DNA of 46,449 bases from Terriglobales bacterium (GTDB lineage: Bacteria > Acidobacteriota > Terriglobia > Terriglobales > Acidobacteriaceae), in the NCBI GenBank assembly GCA_035287825.1, contig DATEBK010000382.1, positions 1 to 46,449 on the forward strand, given 5' to 3'. Positions 26,539 through 35,583 of the stretch are shown piece after piece (within the stretch, counting starts at the first letter, position 1; every line of letters starts with the position of its first letter). Below the pieces are notes generated by a model. The model worked only from the letters and a program-made list of their open reading frames with translations. It was not told the origin of the DNA and searched no databases. The position numbers and the translations under genes are program-made.

Positions 26539-29500
26539 ATGTCAAAGTTTTTCATCAATCGCCCCATCGTCGCCATGGTGATTTCCATCGTCATGGTGCT
26601 GGTGGGCACCTTGACGATCCTCACTTTGCCCATCGCACAGTTTCCCGCCATTGCCCCGCCCGAGATCCAGGTCCTCTCCACTTACGTCGGCGCCGATGCT
26701 CAGACCCTGGAGCAAGCCGTTGCCACTCCCATCGAGCAGCAGATGAATGGCGTGGACAACATGAACTACATGTATTCGCTGAATGCCACGGCCAACTCCA
26801 GCAGCACGCTGATTGTCGACTTCGACATAAAAACCGATCCCAACACCGATTTTATTCTTGCTCAATCGCGTGAAACCCAGGCCGCTTCTCAGCTTCCGCT
26901 TGACGTTACCAATTACGGAGTCACGGTTCGAAAGTCCGTTACCGCTCCGCTCCTGCTGGTTTCCGTCTACTCACCGCACTCCACCTACGATGCGACGTTT
27001 CTAGCGAACTATGCCTACATCAATTTGGCCGATCCGCTCTCCCGTTCACCGGGCATCGGCCAGGTTCAGGTATTCGGTGCCGGCCAGTACGCGATGCGGA
27101 TGTGGGTGAAACCCGACACCTTGGCCAAACTCGGAATCACGGTCCCGGAAATCGTCAGCGCCATCCAGGCCCAAAATACCGTGAACCCCGCGGGCAAGGC
27201 GGGAGGCGAGCCAGCCCCCAAAGGCCAGGAATTTACCTACACGGTTCTGGCGCAGGGCCGCCTGCTCACGCCCGAACAATTCGGACAGATCGTGGTGCGC
27301 GAGACCCCTGACGGAGGCATCGTTCGAGTGCGCGACTTGGCCCGCATCGAGCTGGGATCTCAGGACTACAGCACCGCTGGCCGTTTTAATGGAAAGCCGA
27401 GCGCCGTCGTCGCCTGCTACCAGCTGCCGGGCTCGAATGCCGTGGATGCGGCCGCCGGCGTCCAGAAACTCATGACGCAGATGAAGCAGCGCTTTCCCGA
27501 GGACCTCGATTTTGTCGTGTCGCTCGACACCACGCGCGCAGTCACACAAGGTATCAAGGAAATTGTCGTGACCCTCTTGATCGCCCTGGCGCTGGTGATT
27601 CTCGTTGTCTATATCTTCCTTCAAGGCTGGCGTGCCACGCTGATCCCGCTTCTTGCCGTGCCCGTTTCGCTGATCGGCACGTTCGTACTTTTTCCGTTGT
27701 TCGGTTTTTCCATCAATACGCTTTCTTTGTTTGGCCTGGTACTGGCAATCGGCCTTGTCGTCGACGACGCGATCGTCGTGGTCGAAGGCGTGGAACGTCA
27801 TATCGAAGAGGGCATGACGCCGAAGGACGCGGCGTTGAAAGCCATGGAAGAACTTTCCGGCCCGGTGGTCGGCATCGCCCTGGTTCTTTCCGCTGTCTTC
27901 GTTCCAACGGCTTTCATTCCAGGAATCACCGGCAGACTCTATCAGCAGTTTGCCGTCACTATTGCCATTTCCGTCCTTCTCTCTGCCTTCAATGCTCTTA
28001 CGCTCAGCCCCGCGCTGGCTGCGCTGCTGCTTCGGCCGAAAGAAGAAAGCCATGGACTGTTGCGCAGATTCTTCGATTGGTTCAACCGGATCTTCGACCG
28101 GGCCACCGACGGATATGTTCGTTGGAGCGGTGTGCTGCTCCGCAAAGGCGCCGTAATCGTTGTACTGCTCGTTGTTTTTGGCGTGGCGGCAGGGTTTTTT
28201 GCCAACCGCGTGCCATCCAGTTTTCTCCCGGACGAAGATCAGGGTTACGCCTACGTTAACGTGCAACTGCCCAATGGCGCCTCCCTCGAACGCACGACTG
28301 CGGTTTCGAAACAGGTGGAACAAATCATCATGAAGACGCCGGGTGTCCAATACTGCACCGGCTTCATCGGGTTTAGTTTGCTCAGTTTCGTCCGTACCAG
28401 TTACAACGCCACCTATTTTGTCACCTTCAAACCGTGGGACGAACGGAAAGCAAGGGCCGAGCAATTTCAGTCGCTCAAGGTGCATTTGAACCAGGAGTTC
28501 GCCAAGTTGCCGGAAGCTGTGGTCTTCGGCTTTTCGCCGCCCGCCATACCTGGGGTCGGTACCTCCGGTGGTTTCACCTTCATGCTCGAAGACCGTTCCG
28601 GCGGCGATATTCAGTTCCTCGCCAAAAACCTCAACACCTTTCTCGAAGCGGCTCGCAAGCGGCCGGAAATCGCCAGCCTCAGTACCACGTTCTTGCCTAA
28701 TGTCCCCCAGAAATTTGTTGATGTTGACCGCGACAAAGTTCTGAAACAGGGTGTGAGCCTCAACGATGTCTACCGCACGATTCAGGCGTTCATGGGTGGC
28801 TATTTCATTAATTACTTCAATCGCTTCGGCCGGCAGTGGCAGGTTTATATCGAAGCCGAGGGCGAAGACCGCGCGAATGCCGAAAACGTGGGACAGTTCT
28901 ACGTTCGCAATAACAAGGGAGAAAATGTTCCGCTTTCAACGCTGGCCACCGTTAAATCGCGCCTCGGCCCGGAATTCACCCTGCGCTTCAACGAATTCCG
29001 TTCCGCTCAAATCAACGGTGCCGCCGCTCCCGGCTTCAGCGCCGAGCAGGCGACCGATGCGCTCGAAGATGTCTTTAAGCAAACCATGCCGCGCGAGATG
29101 GGATTCGATTACTCCGGTATTTCGTTTCAGGAGCAGAAAGCTCGCCAGGGCGTTCCGCCTGCGGTGGTCTTCGGACTTTCGCTGTTGTTTGTCTTTTTGA
29201 TTCTTTCCGCGCTCTATGAAAGTTGGTCCTTGCCATTCAGCGTGTTGCTGAGCACGCCGGTTGCGATCTTCGGAGCGTTCTTCATTCTCTGGCTCCGGCG
29301 CGTCATTCTGAACGCCTTGTTGCCTCCTTATATGGTTCAAATCGAGAGCGACATCTATTCGCAGATCGGACTCATCGTCTTGATCGGCCTCGCCGCCAAG
29401 AACGCGATTCTCATCGTGGAGTTTGCCAAGGACGAATACGAGCACGGCAAGCCTTTGGCTGACGCGGCGCTCGAAGGCGCCAGGCTTCGCCTGCGGCCGA

Positions 29501-29742
29501 TTCTCATGACGTCGTTCGCGTTTATCCTCGGATGCGTGCCCCTGTGGACCGCCTCCGGCGCCGGCGCAGTCTCGCGTCAGATCATGGGAACGGCGGTGAT
29601 CGGCGGCATGATTGCCGCCAGCGCCATCGGAATCTTCTTCGTCCCCGGAATTTTTTATCTGGTGGAGAAGTGGTCAGGTGCGGGCAAAGAGCCTGCTTCC
29701 GGACCGTTGCCGGCAGCGCCTGCCCCGGCGCCGGGAGATTGA
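26539..29742 (+). CDS. efflux RND transporter permease (AcrB/HAE1-like), 1067 aa
   Basis: N-terminus [23 protein letters not shown]. 12-TM architecture with two large periplasmic loops. [15 protein letters not shown] proton-relay motif. Confidence 0.95.
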   Translation: MSKFFINRPIVAMVISIVMVLVGTLTILTLPIAQFPAIAPPEIQVLSTYVGADAQTLEQAVATPIEQQMNGVDNMNYMYSLNATANSSSTLIVDFDIKTDPNTDFILAQSRETQAASQLPLDVTNYGVTVRKSVTAPLLLVSVYSPHSTYDATFLANYAYINLADPLSRSPGIGQVQVFGAGQYAMRMWVKPDTLAKLGITVPEIVSAIQAQNTVNPAGKAGGEPAPKGQEFTYTVLAQGRLLTPEQFGQIVVRETPDGGIVRVRDLARIELGSQDYSTAGRFNGKPSAVVACYQLPGSNAVDAAAGVQKLMTQMKQRFPEDLDFVVSLDTTRAVTQGIKEIVVTLLIALALVILVVYIFLQGWRATLIPLLAVPVSLIGTFVLFPLFGFSINTLSLFGLVLAIGLVVDDAIVVVEGVERHIEEGMTPKDAALKAMEELSGPVVGIALVLSAVFVPTAFIPGITGRLYQQFAVTIAISVLLSAFNALTLSPALAALLLRPKEESHGLLRRFFDWFNRIFDRATDGYVRWSGVLLRKGAVIVVLLVVFGVAAGFFANRVPSSFLPDEDQGYAYVNVQLPNGASLERTTAVSKQVEQIIMKTPGVQYCTGFIGFSLLSFVRTSYNATYFVTFKPWDERKARAEQFQSLKVHLNQEFAKLPEAVVFGFSPPAIPGVGTSGGFTFMLEDRSGGDIQFLAKNLNTFLEAARKRPEIASLSTTFLPNVPQKFVDVDRDKVLKQGVSLNDVYRTIQAFMGGYFINYFNRFGRQWQVYIEAEGEDRANAENVGQFYVRNNKGENVPLSTLATVKSRLGPEFTLRFNEFRSAQINGAAAPGFSAEQATDALEDVFKQTMPREMGFDYSGISFQEQKARQGVPPAVVFGLSLLFVFLILSALYESWSLPFSVLLSTPVAIFGAFFILWLRRVILNALLPPYMVQIESDIYSQIGLIVLIGLAAKNAILIVEFAKDEYEHGKPLADAALEGARLRLRPILMTSFAFILGCVPLWTASGAGAVSRQIMGTAVIGGMIAASAIGIFFVPGIFYLVEKWSGAGKEPASGPLPAAPAPAPGD

Positions 29743-29784
29743 TATGCTTCGAAATCCAACGCTCGGGAAAAAACACGAGTGGGC

Positions 29785-29853
29785 TTCGCGCACCTCGAGT
29801 TCGCGCGCCTGGAGTTCGCGCGCCTGGAGTTCGCGCGCCCGGAGTTCGCGCAG
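29785..29853 (+). repeat. 15-bp tandem repeat TTCGCGCGCCTGGAG, 4.6 copies
   Basis: Copies at 29785-29799 (ttcgcgcacctcgag), 29800-29814, 29815-29829 (identical to the previous one), 29830-29844 (one change), and a partial copy at 29845-29853. It ends 1 nt before ATG 29855. The period is 5 codons, in frame with the OMF ORF. Confidence 0.95.
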
Positions 29854-29854
29854 T

Positions 29855-31261
29855 ATGAAACCTGCAAACTTTCTGATGGCGACGTTGCTGGCGATCTTGG
29901 CTTTGATTCTGCTCGGCTGTAAGGTCGGACCGAATTACCATCGTCCAGCTCTTCAACCCCCGGCAGCCTATCGCGATCTCGCGGAAAATCCCCAACTTCA
30001 GGCCCAGACCGCTTCTTATGCCGACCTTCCCTGGTGGCAAGTCTTTCAGGATCCCAAGCTGCAGGAGTTGATTCGCACCGCGCTCAAACAAAATTACGAT
30101 TTGCAGCTTGCTACCGAGCGCATCAATGCCGCTCGTGCCCAACTCGCGATCACTCGTTCCAGCCTGTTTCCGCAGGTGCAAGGCAACGCCGATTTCGGTG
30201 GCGGCAAAGATTACTCGACCCAGTCCAAGTACAACTTTCTCGGCCTGACAGCCGACGCCGCATTCCAGTTGGATTTCTTCGGCCGCCTCCGCCGCGCAAA
30301 TGAAGCTGCACGCGCCCAACTTCTCGCGACCGAGGCAGCCCGCCAAACCGTCGTACTCACCGTCGTCAGCGACGTTGCCAGCGCCTACTTCACTCTGCTG
30401 CAACTCGATCTGCAACTTCAGATCGCCCATGACACCGTGAATACTCAGATTGATTCCGTCAAGCTCACCAACCTGCGCCTCGACCACGGCGTCGCCACAA
30501 AGCTGGATGTGCTGCAGTCCCAGCAAGTACTCGATACCGCGAATGCCCAGGTCCCTGATCTCGAGCGCCAAATCGCGCAGGTGGAAAACGCCATCAGCAT
30601 CCTCGTCGGTAATTACCCGCAGGATGTCGCGCGAGGCCTTCCTCTCGTCGAGCAAAACCTTCCGCCTGAAGTGCCCCCCGGTCTTCCGTCTTCCATCCTC
30701 GAGCGTCGCCCCGATATTCGCGAAGCTGAGCAGGAACTGATCGCTGCCAACGCGGAAATCGGCGTCGCCAAGGCCCAGTTCTTTCCTCAAATCTCGCTGA
30801 CCGGGTCGGGCGGTGGCGCATTCGGACGCAGCAGCCTGTTCACCAGCATGATGAGTTCTCAACTCGGCATCTGGACTTACGGCGCAACCGTCACTCAGCC
30901 GATTTTCACCGGCGGCGCGCTGCGCGGCAATCTTCACCTCGCCGAGTCCGAGCAGAAGCAGGCAGTCATCGCCTACAAGCAGGCCATCCAGCACGCTTTC
31001 GGAGATGTCTCCGACGCCCTGATCGGATATCAGAAACTTCACGAAGTCCGCCTGCGCAACCAGCAATCAGTGGCCGATTTGCAGGAGTCGGTCCGCCTCT
31101 CGAACCTGCGCTATAAAGGAGGCACGACCACCTACCTCGAAGTGCTGGATGGTCAACGCTCGCTCTTCTCCGCTGAACTGACGCTCGCCCAGTCGCGTGG
31201 CGACGAATACCAAAGCCTGGTGCAAATCTACCGTGCCCTCGGAGGCGGTTGGCAGCAATAG
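29855..31261 (+). CDS. efflux transporter outer-membrane factor lipoprotein (NodT family)
   Basis: Lipoprotein signal MKPANFLMATLLAILALILLGC (lipobox LLGC). WWQVFQDPKLQELI and two OEP repeats. An in-frame upstream ATG at 29744 (GGGAG Shine-Dalgarno, 1 nt after the pump stop) would add 37 aa encoded largely by the tandem repeat. Confidence 0.88.
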   Translation: MKPANFLMATLLAILALILLGCKVGPNYHRPALQPPAAYRDLAENPQLQAQTASYADLPWWQVFQDPKLQELIRTALKQNYDLQLATERINAARAQLAITRSSLFPQVQGNADFGGGKDYSTQSKYNFLGLTADAAFQLDFFGRLRRANEAARAQLLATEAARQTVVLTVVSDVASAYFTLLQLDLQLQIAHDTVNTQIDSVKLTNLRLDHGVATKLDVLQSQQVLDTANAQVPDLERQIAQVENAISILVGNYPQDVARGLPLVEQNLPPEVPPGLPSSILERRPDIREAEQELIAANAEIGVAKAQFFPQISLTGSGGGAFGRSSLFTSMMSSQLGIWTYGATVTQPIFTGGALRGNLHLAESEQKQAVIAYKQAIQHAFGDVSDALIGYQKLHEVRLRNQQSVADLQESVRLSNLRYKGGTTTYLEVLDGQRSLFSAELTLAQSRGDEYQSLVQIYRALGGGWQQ

Positions 31262-31347
31262 TCGCAACCGCCAGCCGGTCTTCATCAGGCTCCGGACGCT
31301 TGCCTTTTCACGTTAGTCGCTCTTTTGTTATAGTTACCCTCACATTT

Positions 31348-31362
31348 ATTGGCGCAGCCAAT
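31348..31362. promoter_or_regulatory. candidate TetR operator: palindrome ATTGGC-gca-GCCAAT
   Basis: Perfect 6+3+6 inverted repeat 39 nt upstream of the TetR start, just downstream of a TATAGT -10-like hexamer (31329-31334). Palindromes of this size are expected about ten times per window by chance, so only its position supports the call. Confidence 0.3.
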
Positions 31363-31400
31363 TTACCGCTTGCCGTCAATCGATGCCGGAGGGATAATCC

Positions 31401-32066
31401 ATGCCCGCTATGCTCGCGACCCGGAGCTCGGCCGCGGAAGCCGTCCATAATAACGTCGACGCGAAGTTCGAAGTCGGTCTGCGCGAACGCAAAAAAGCCC
31501 GCCTGCGCCAGCAGATCATCGACACTTCGATCAAGCTGTTTCGCAAGCGCGGCTATGAAGCCACACGCATCGACGATATCGTGCACGTCCTCGAAATCAG
31601 TCAACCCACGTTCTTTCGCTATTTCCCCAGCAAAGACGCGGTCTTGCGCGAAGTCGGAGAACGCGGCTACGCCTGCATCTGTGACCGGCTGCGTTCCGAG
31701 CTTTTAAGCAAAGAGCGCACCGGCGAGCGCCTGCGCCGACTCTACGTAACTATGGCGCGAGAAGTTGAAGCCGATCGGCAACTGTGGCAGGCGGTAGTTT
31801 TGTCGGGCGCAATGGATCCAGTTCGCTCCGCCGAACTGCGCGATCACGAAGAAGCTGCCGTCAGCCTGCTCCGCGAAATTCTCACCCAGGGCCAGAAGCG
31901 CGGCGAAGTGACACGCGCGTTCCCCGTCGTGCATCTCGCCGAATTCATGGAAGGCCTCTACAGCACGGTCGTGCGCCAGTGGGCCGTCGATCTCACCGGT
32001 CCACACAAACTCACAGACCGCGTGCGCAGCGCCGTCGACTTTTTTATGTGCGGCATTCGACCGTAA
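31401..32066 (+). CDS. TetR/AcrR-family transcriptional regulator
   Basis: N-terminal HTH: KLFRKRGYEATRIDDIVHVLEISQPTFFRYFPSKDAVL. 221 aa. It lies 41 nt upstream of the ADH gene and is the first gene of the co-directional array. Confidence 0.9.
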   Translation: MPAMLATRSSAAEAVHNNVDAKFEVGLRERKKARLRQQIIDTSIKLFRKRGYEATRIDDIVHVLEISQPTFFRYFPSKDAVLREVGERGYACICDRLRSELLSKERTGERLRRLYVTMAREVEADRQLWQAVVLSGAMDPVRSAELRDHEEAAVSLLREILTQGQKRGEVTRAFPVVHLAEFMEGLYSTVVRQWAVDLTGPHKLTDRVRSAVDFFMCGIRP

Positions 32067-32107
32067 GAACTCTTGTGTCAAAATTCTTGGAGAAAATTGC
32101 GATTCCG

Positions 32108-33124
32108 ATGAAAGCCGCTGTTCTGCACGCATTCAAGACCCCGCTATCGATCGAAGAAGTCCCGCGTCCACAGATCGCCGCCGATGAAGTCTTGATCCAG
32201 GTCGAAGTCTGCGGAGTCTGTCATTCCGATCTCCATGTCGCCGACGGCGATTGGGCGCAATTTGCCGGGATTGTAAAAAAGCCGCTGATTCTCGGACACG
32301 AAATCGTGGGTCGCGTCGTCGAATGTGGCGCAGCCGTCGAAACTCTCAAAGTAGGCGACCGCGTCGGCGTGCCTTGGCTGCAATTTACCTGCGGCCAATG
32401 TGAGTTTTGCCGAGAAGGCAATGAAAACCTATGCACCCGCCAGCGCATCACCGGAGTCATGGTCGATGGCGGCTATGCGGAGTTTGCCAAGTCTCCCGCC
32501 AGTCACGCTGTCAGAATTCCTGACGCGCTTTCCTCCGAGCAGGCCGCCCCTCTGCTGTGCGCGGGAGTGACCGTCCATCGCGCGTTGAAGCAGGCCAAGC
32601 TTCGTTCTGGCCAGTGCTTGGCCGTCTTCGGCATTGGAGGACTCGGCCACATCGCCGTCCAGATCGGTCGCGCCGCCGGCGCAGAAGTCACTGCCATCGA
32701 TATTTCTGAAGAGAAACTCGCCCTCGCGAAATCGCTCGGCGCCACTCGCACCCTGAACGCCACGACCTCTGAGGTCGTAAAAGAAATCCGCCGCGCCGGA
32801 GGAATGCATGTTGCCATCGTTACCTCCGCTGCCAAATCCGCCTACGATATGGCGTTCTACTGTGTACGGCCAACAGGCGCGCTTCTCGTGGTTGGCTTGC
32901 CCGCAAAAGAAATTTCATTTCCGCCGATCATGATGGCCGCCGGCGAAATTCACATCAAAGCCTCCGCCGTCGGTACGCGCGAAGACCTGCGCGAAGTTCT
33001 GGAGATGGGCGCAGCCGGAACTATTCATTGTCAGGTCGCAACGCGTCCTCTGGCAGATGTCCAGCAAGTTCTCGAGCAGTTGGCCCGCGGAGAAATCTCG
33101 GGCCGCGTCATTCTTCGGATGTAA
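32108..33124 (+). CDS. zinc-dependent alcohol dehydrogenase (MDR family)
   Basis: MKAAVLHAFKTPLSIEEVP, catalytic Zn motif GVCHSDLH, structural Zn CGQCEFCREGNENLC, and a GIGGLGH Rossmann motif. Confidence 0.92.
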   Translation: MKAAVLHAFKTPLSIEEVPRPQIAADEVLIQVEVCGVCHSDLHVADGDWAQFAGIVKKPLILGHEIVGRVVECGAAVETLKVGDRVGVPWLQFTCGQCEFCREGNENLCTRQRITGVMVDGGYAEFAKSPASHAVRIPDALSSEQAAPLLCAGVTVHRALKQAKLRSGQCLAVFGIGGLGHIAVQIGRAAGAEVTAIDISEEKLALAKSLGATRTLNATTSEVVKEIRRAGGMHVAIVTSAAKSAYDMAFYCVRPTGALLVVGLPAKEISFPPIMMAAGEIHIKASAVGTREDLREVLEMGAAGTIHCQVATRPLADVQQVLEQLARGEISGRVILRM

Positions 33125-33138
33125 GCAGTCGGCGTTCG

Positions 33139-33168
33139 TTGACGTTAGTGACTCTATTATGATATTAA
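33139..33168 (+). promoter_or_regulatory. internal promoter candidate TTGACG-N18-TATTAA upstream of the SDR gene
   Basis: It sits in the 70-nt AT-rich ADH-SDR gap, the largest gap in the TetR-led array. The -35 is at 33139-33144 and the -10 at 33163-33168. Confidence 0.3.
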
Positions 33169-33194
33169 CTATCGCGTTTGCCTGATACCACGTC

Positions 33195-33986
33195 GTGGGG
33201 AAAGCGCTTCTCAAGGTGGATGCCAAACAACTTTTCGATTTGACTGGCCGTGTCGCCATCGTCTCCGGCGGCTCAATGGGACTTGGGCGTCAGATGGCCG
33301 AGGGTTTGGCCGAAATGGGCGCGAATCTCGTGCTCTGCGCTCGAAAGAAAGAACGCTGCGAAGCGGCAGCCGAATCGTTGCGCCGTCTCGGCGTAGAGGT
33401 GTTGGCGCTCGGATGCGACGTCAAAGACAAATCGTCAATCGACGACGTCGTGGAAAAGACGCTCGCAAGATTTGGCCGCATCGACATCCTCATCAACAAT
33501 GCGGGCGTGTCCTGGGGAGCTCCAATCGAAGAGATGACCCTCGATCAGTGGGATAAAGTCCTCTCCACCAACCTGACCGGCACGTTTCTCTTTTGCCAGG
33601 CCGTCGCCAAACCCATGACCGCGCAAAAATCAGGCAAGATCATCAACATCGCCTCCGTAGCGGGTTTAGGCGGAGGGTCCGCCGAACTACAGGCCATCGG
33701 CTACCATGCCAGCAAAGGCGGCGTGATCGCCTTCACCAAAGACCTCGCGTGCAAATGGGCGCAGCATAACATTCAGGTGAATGCTATCGCGCCCGGCTGG
33801 TTTCCCACCCACATGTCAGAGTGGGTCATCGAGCACCGCAAAGATTCTCTGCTCTCGAAGATTCCTTTAGGACGCTTCGGCAGCGATCACGATTTAAAAG
33901 GAGCCGCGATATTTCTCGCCTCCAACGCATCGTCCTACGTGACCGGCCACGTGCTGGTGGTCGATGGCGGACAGACAGCTTGGTAA
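33195..33986 (+). CDS. SDR-family NAD(P)-dependent oxidoreductase
   Basis: Cofactor motif VSGGSMGLG, NNAG, and catalytic YHASKGG (YxxxK). GTG start at 33195. Confidence 0.9.
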   Translation: MGKALLKVDAKQLFDLTGRVAIVSGGSMGLGRQMAEGLAEMGANLVLCARKKERCEAAAESLRRLGVEVLALGCDVKDKSSIDDVVEKTLARFGRIDILINNAGVSWGAPIEEMTLDQWDKVLSTNLTGTFLFCQAVAKPMTAQKSGKIINIASVAGLGGGSAELQAIGYHASKGGVIAFTKDLACKWAQHNIQVNAIAPGWFPTHMSEWVIEHRKDSLLSKIPLGRFGSDHDLKGAAIFLASNASSYVTGHVLVVDGGQTAW

Positions 33987-34002
33987 TAAATTATTGCTTG
34001 AC

Positions 34003-35583
34003 ATGAATCTGCCACTCACTCCCGTCCGTTTCCTCCGTTACGCGGAGCAGCAGTTCCCCCGCAAAACGGCCGTCGTATGCGGCGAGCACCGCTTTACCTA
34101 CTCAGAGTTTGCCGATCGCGTTAGCCGCCTCGCTGGAGCATTGCGTTCCGCAGGCGTGAAGCCCGGCGATCGCATCGCCTTTCTCAGCCTGAATTGCCAT
34201 CGCCTGCTCGAAGCTTATTATGGGGTTCTCGAGGCCGGCTGCATTTTGCTCCCGCTCAACATTCGTCTCAACGGAGCCGAGCTCACCTACATCCTCAACG
34301 ATTCGGGCGCAACCATGCTCTTCCTCGAAGAAGAGTTCGCCGGCCTCGTCGATTCCTTCCGCCATGATCTTCGCACCGTCCGCAAGTTTCACCTGTTGGA
34401 TGGAACTCCGCCAGCGCCATGGCTTTCCGCTCAAACCTACGAACAAATGCTCGCCTCTGCCGCGTCCTTCCGCGAAGACTTGATGGTGTTCGACGAAAAT
34501 GCCGTGGCCGAAATTTTCTACACCAGTGGGACCAGCGCCAGTCCAAAAGGCGTGATGCTTACGCACCGCAACGTCTATCTCCACGCCCTCAATCTCGCCA
34601 TCTATCACCACACTCGCTACGAGAACGTGCTAATGCACACCATCCCGCTCTTTCACGCCAACGGCTGGGGAGCGGCCCACACCATCACCTCTGTTGGCGG
34701 AACGCACGTCATGCTCCCGCGCTTCCTGCCCGAAGAAGTATTTCGTCTCGTGCAAGCGGAAAAAGTCAGCGCGCTGAGTCTTGTCCCCATCATGGCCATG
34801 GTGCTCATCAATTCGCCCGCGCGCTCCAAATACGATCTCAGCAGTGTGGAGTGGTCCGTGATTGGTGGAGCGGCCTCTTCTCCGACGTTGATCCGCGAGG
34901 TCGAAGAAAAGCTCGGCTTCAAATGTTTTTCTGGCTACGGCCTCACCGAGTGTTCGCCCTCGCTCGCCACTGCCGAATTAAAGCCCGGCATGCACGGCAC
35001 GCTCGAGGAAGAACAGGCGATCCAGGCTATGACTGGCTACGCCTACCCCGGCTCCGAGCTGCGCGTAGTCGACGCTGACGACAACGATATTCCGCGCGAC
35101 GGTGTCACCATGGGAGAAATCATCGCCCGCAGTGACGGTGTGATGGCCGGCTACTGGGGCCAGCCCGAAGCCACCGCGGAAGCCTTGCGGGGCGGCTGGT
35201 TTCACACTGGCGACATGGCCGTGATCGAGCCAAATGGATACATCCGCATCGTCGATCGCAAGAAAGATATCATCGTGAGCGGCGGAGAAAATATTTCTTC
35301 ACTCGACGTTGAAAAAGTTCTGGCATCGCATCCCGAAGTTTTCGAAGCGGCCGTGATTCCCGTGTCTCACCAGAAGTGGGGCGAAGCACCGAAGGCGATC
35401 GTCGTAGCCAAACCGGGATGCAAACTCAACGAAGTGGATCTGATTGAATTTTGCCGCGCGCGTCTCGCCCACTACAAGTGTCCACAATCGATTGAATTCT
35501 GTGACAGCTTGCCCAAAACCGCTACCGGAAAAGTCCTTAAACGAGAGCTGAGAAAAAAGTATCAGGTGGAAACTCCCCTATGA
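34003..35583 (+). CDS. acyl-CoA synthetase / fatty-acid--CoA ligase (class I adenylate-forming)
   Basis: AMP-binding motif YTSGTSASPKGV, GYGLTE, and TGDMAVIEPNGYIRIVDRKKD. Its stop overlaps the next start (ATGA at 35580-35583). Confidence 0.92.
   Translation: MNLPLTPVRFLRYAEQQFPRKTAVVCGEHRFTYSEFADRVSRLAGALRSAGVKPGDRIAFLSLNCHRLLEAYYGVLEAGCILLPLNIRLNGAELTYILNDSGATMLFLEEEFAGLVDSFRHDLRTVRKFHLLDGTPPAPWLSAQTYEQMLASAASFREDLMVFDENAVAEIFYTSGTSASPKGVMLTHRNVYLHALNLAIYHHTRYENVLMHTIPLFHANGWGAAHTITSVGGTHVMLPRFLPEEVFRLVQAEKVSALSLVPIMAMVLINSPARSKYDLSSVEWSVIGGAASSPTLIREVEEKLGFKCFSGYGLTECSPSLATAELKPGMHGTLEEEQAIQAMTGYAYPGSELRVVDADDNDIPRDGVTMGEIIARSDGVMAGYWGQPEATAEALRGGWFHTGDMAVIEPNGYIRIVDRKKDIIVSGGENISSLDVEKVLASHPEVFEAAVIPVSHQKWGEAPKAIVVAKPGCKLNEVDLIEFCRARLAHYKCPQSIEFCDSLPKTATGKVLKRELRKKYQVETPL

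Noticed and set aside
27046-28485. 479-aa minus-strand ORF antisense to the RND pump
   Set aside because: Shadow ORF. The plus-strand AcrB-like protein is unambiguous, and the antisense product is low-complexity Arg/Gly/Asp-rich.
29582-31066. 494-aa minus-strand ORF antisense to the OMF gene, which also reads through the tandem repeat
   Set aside because: Shadow ORF with no motif. The plus strand encodes a lipobox and OEP repeats.
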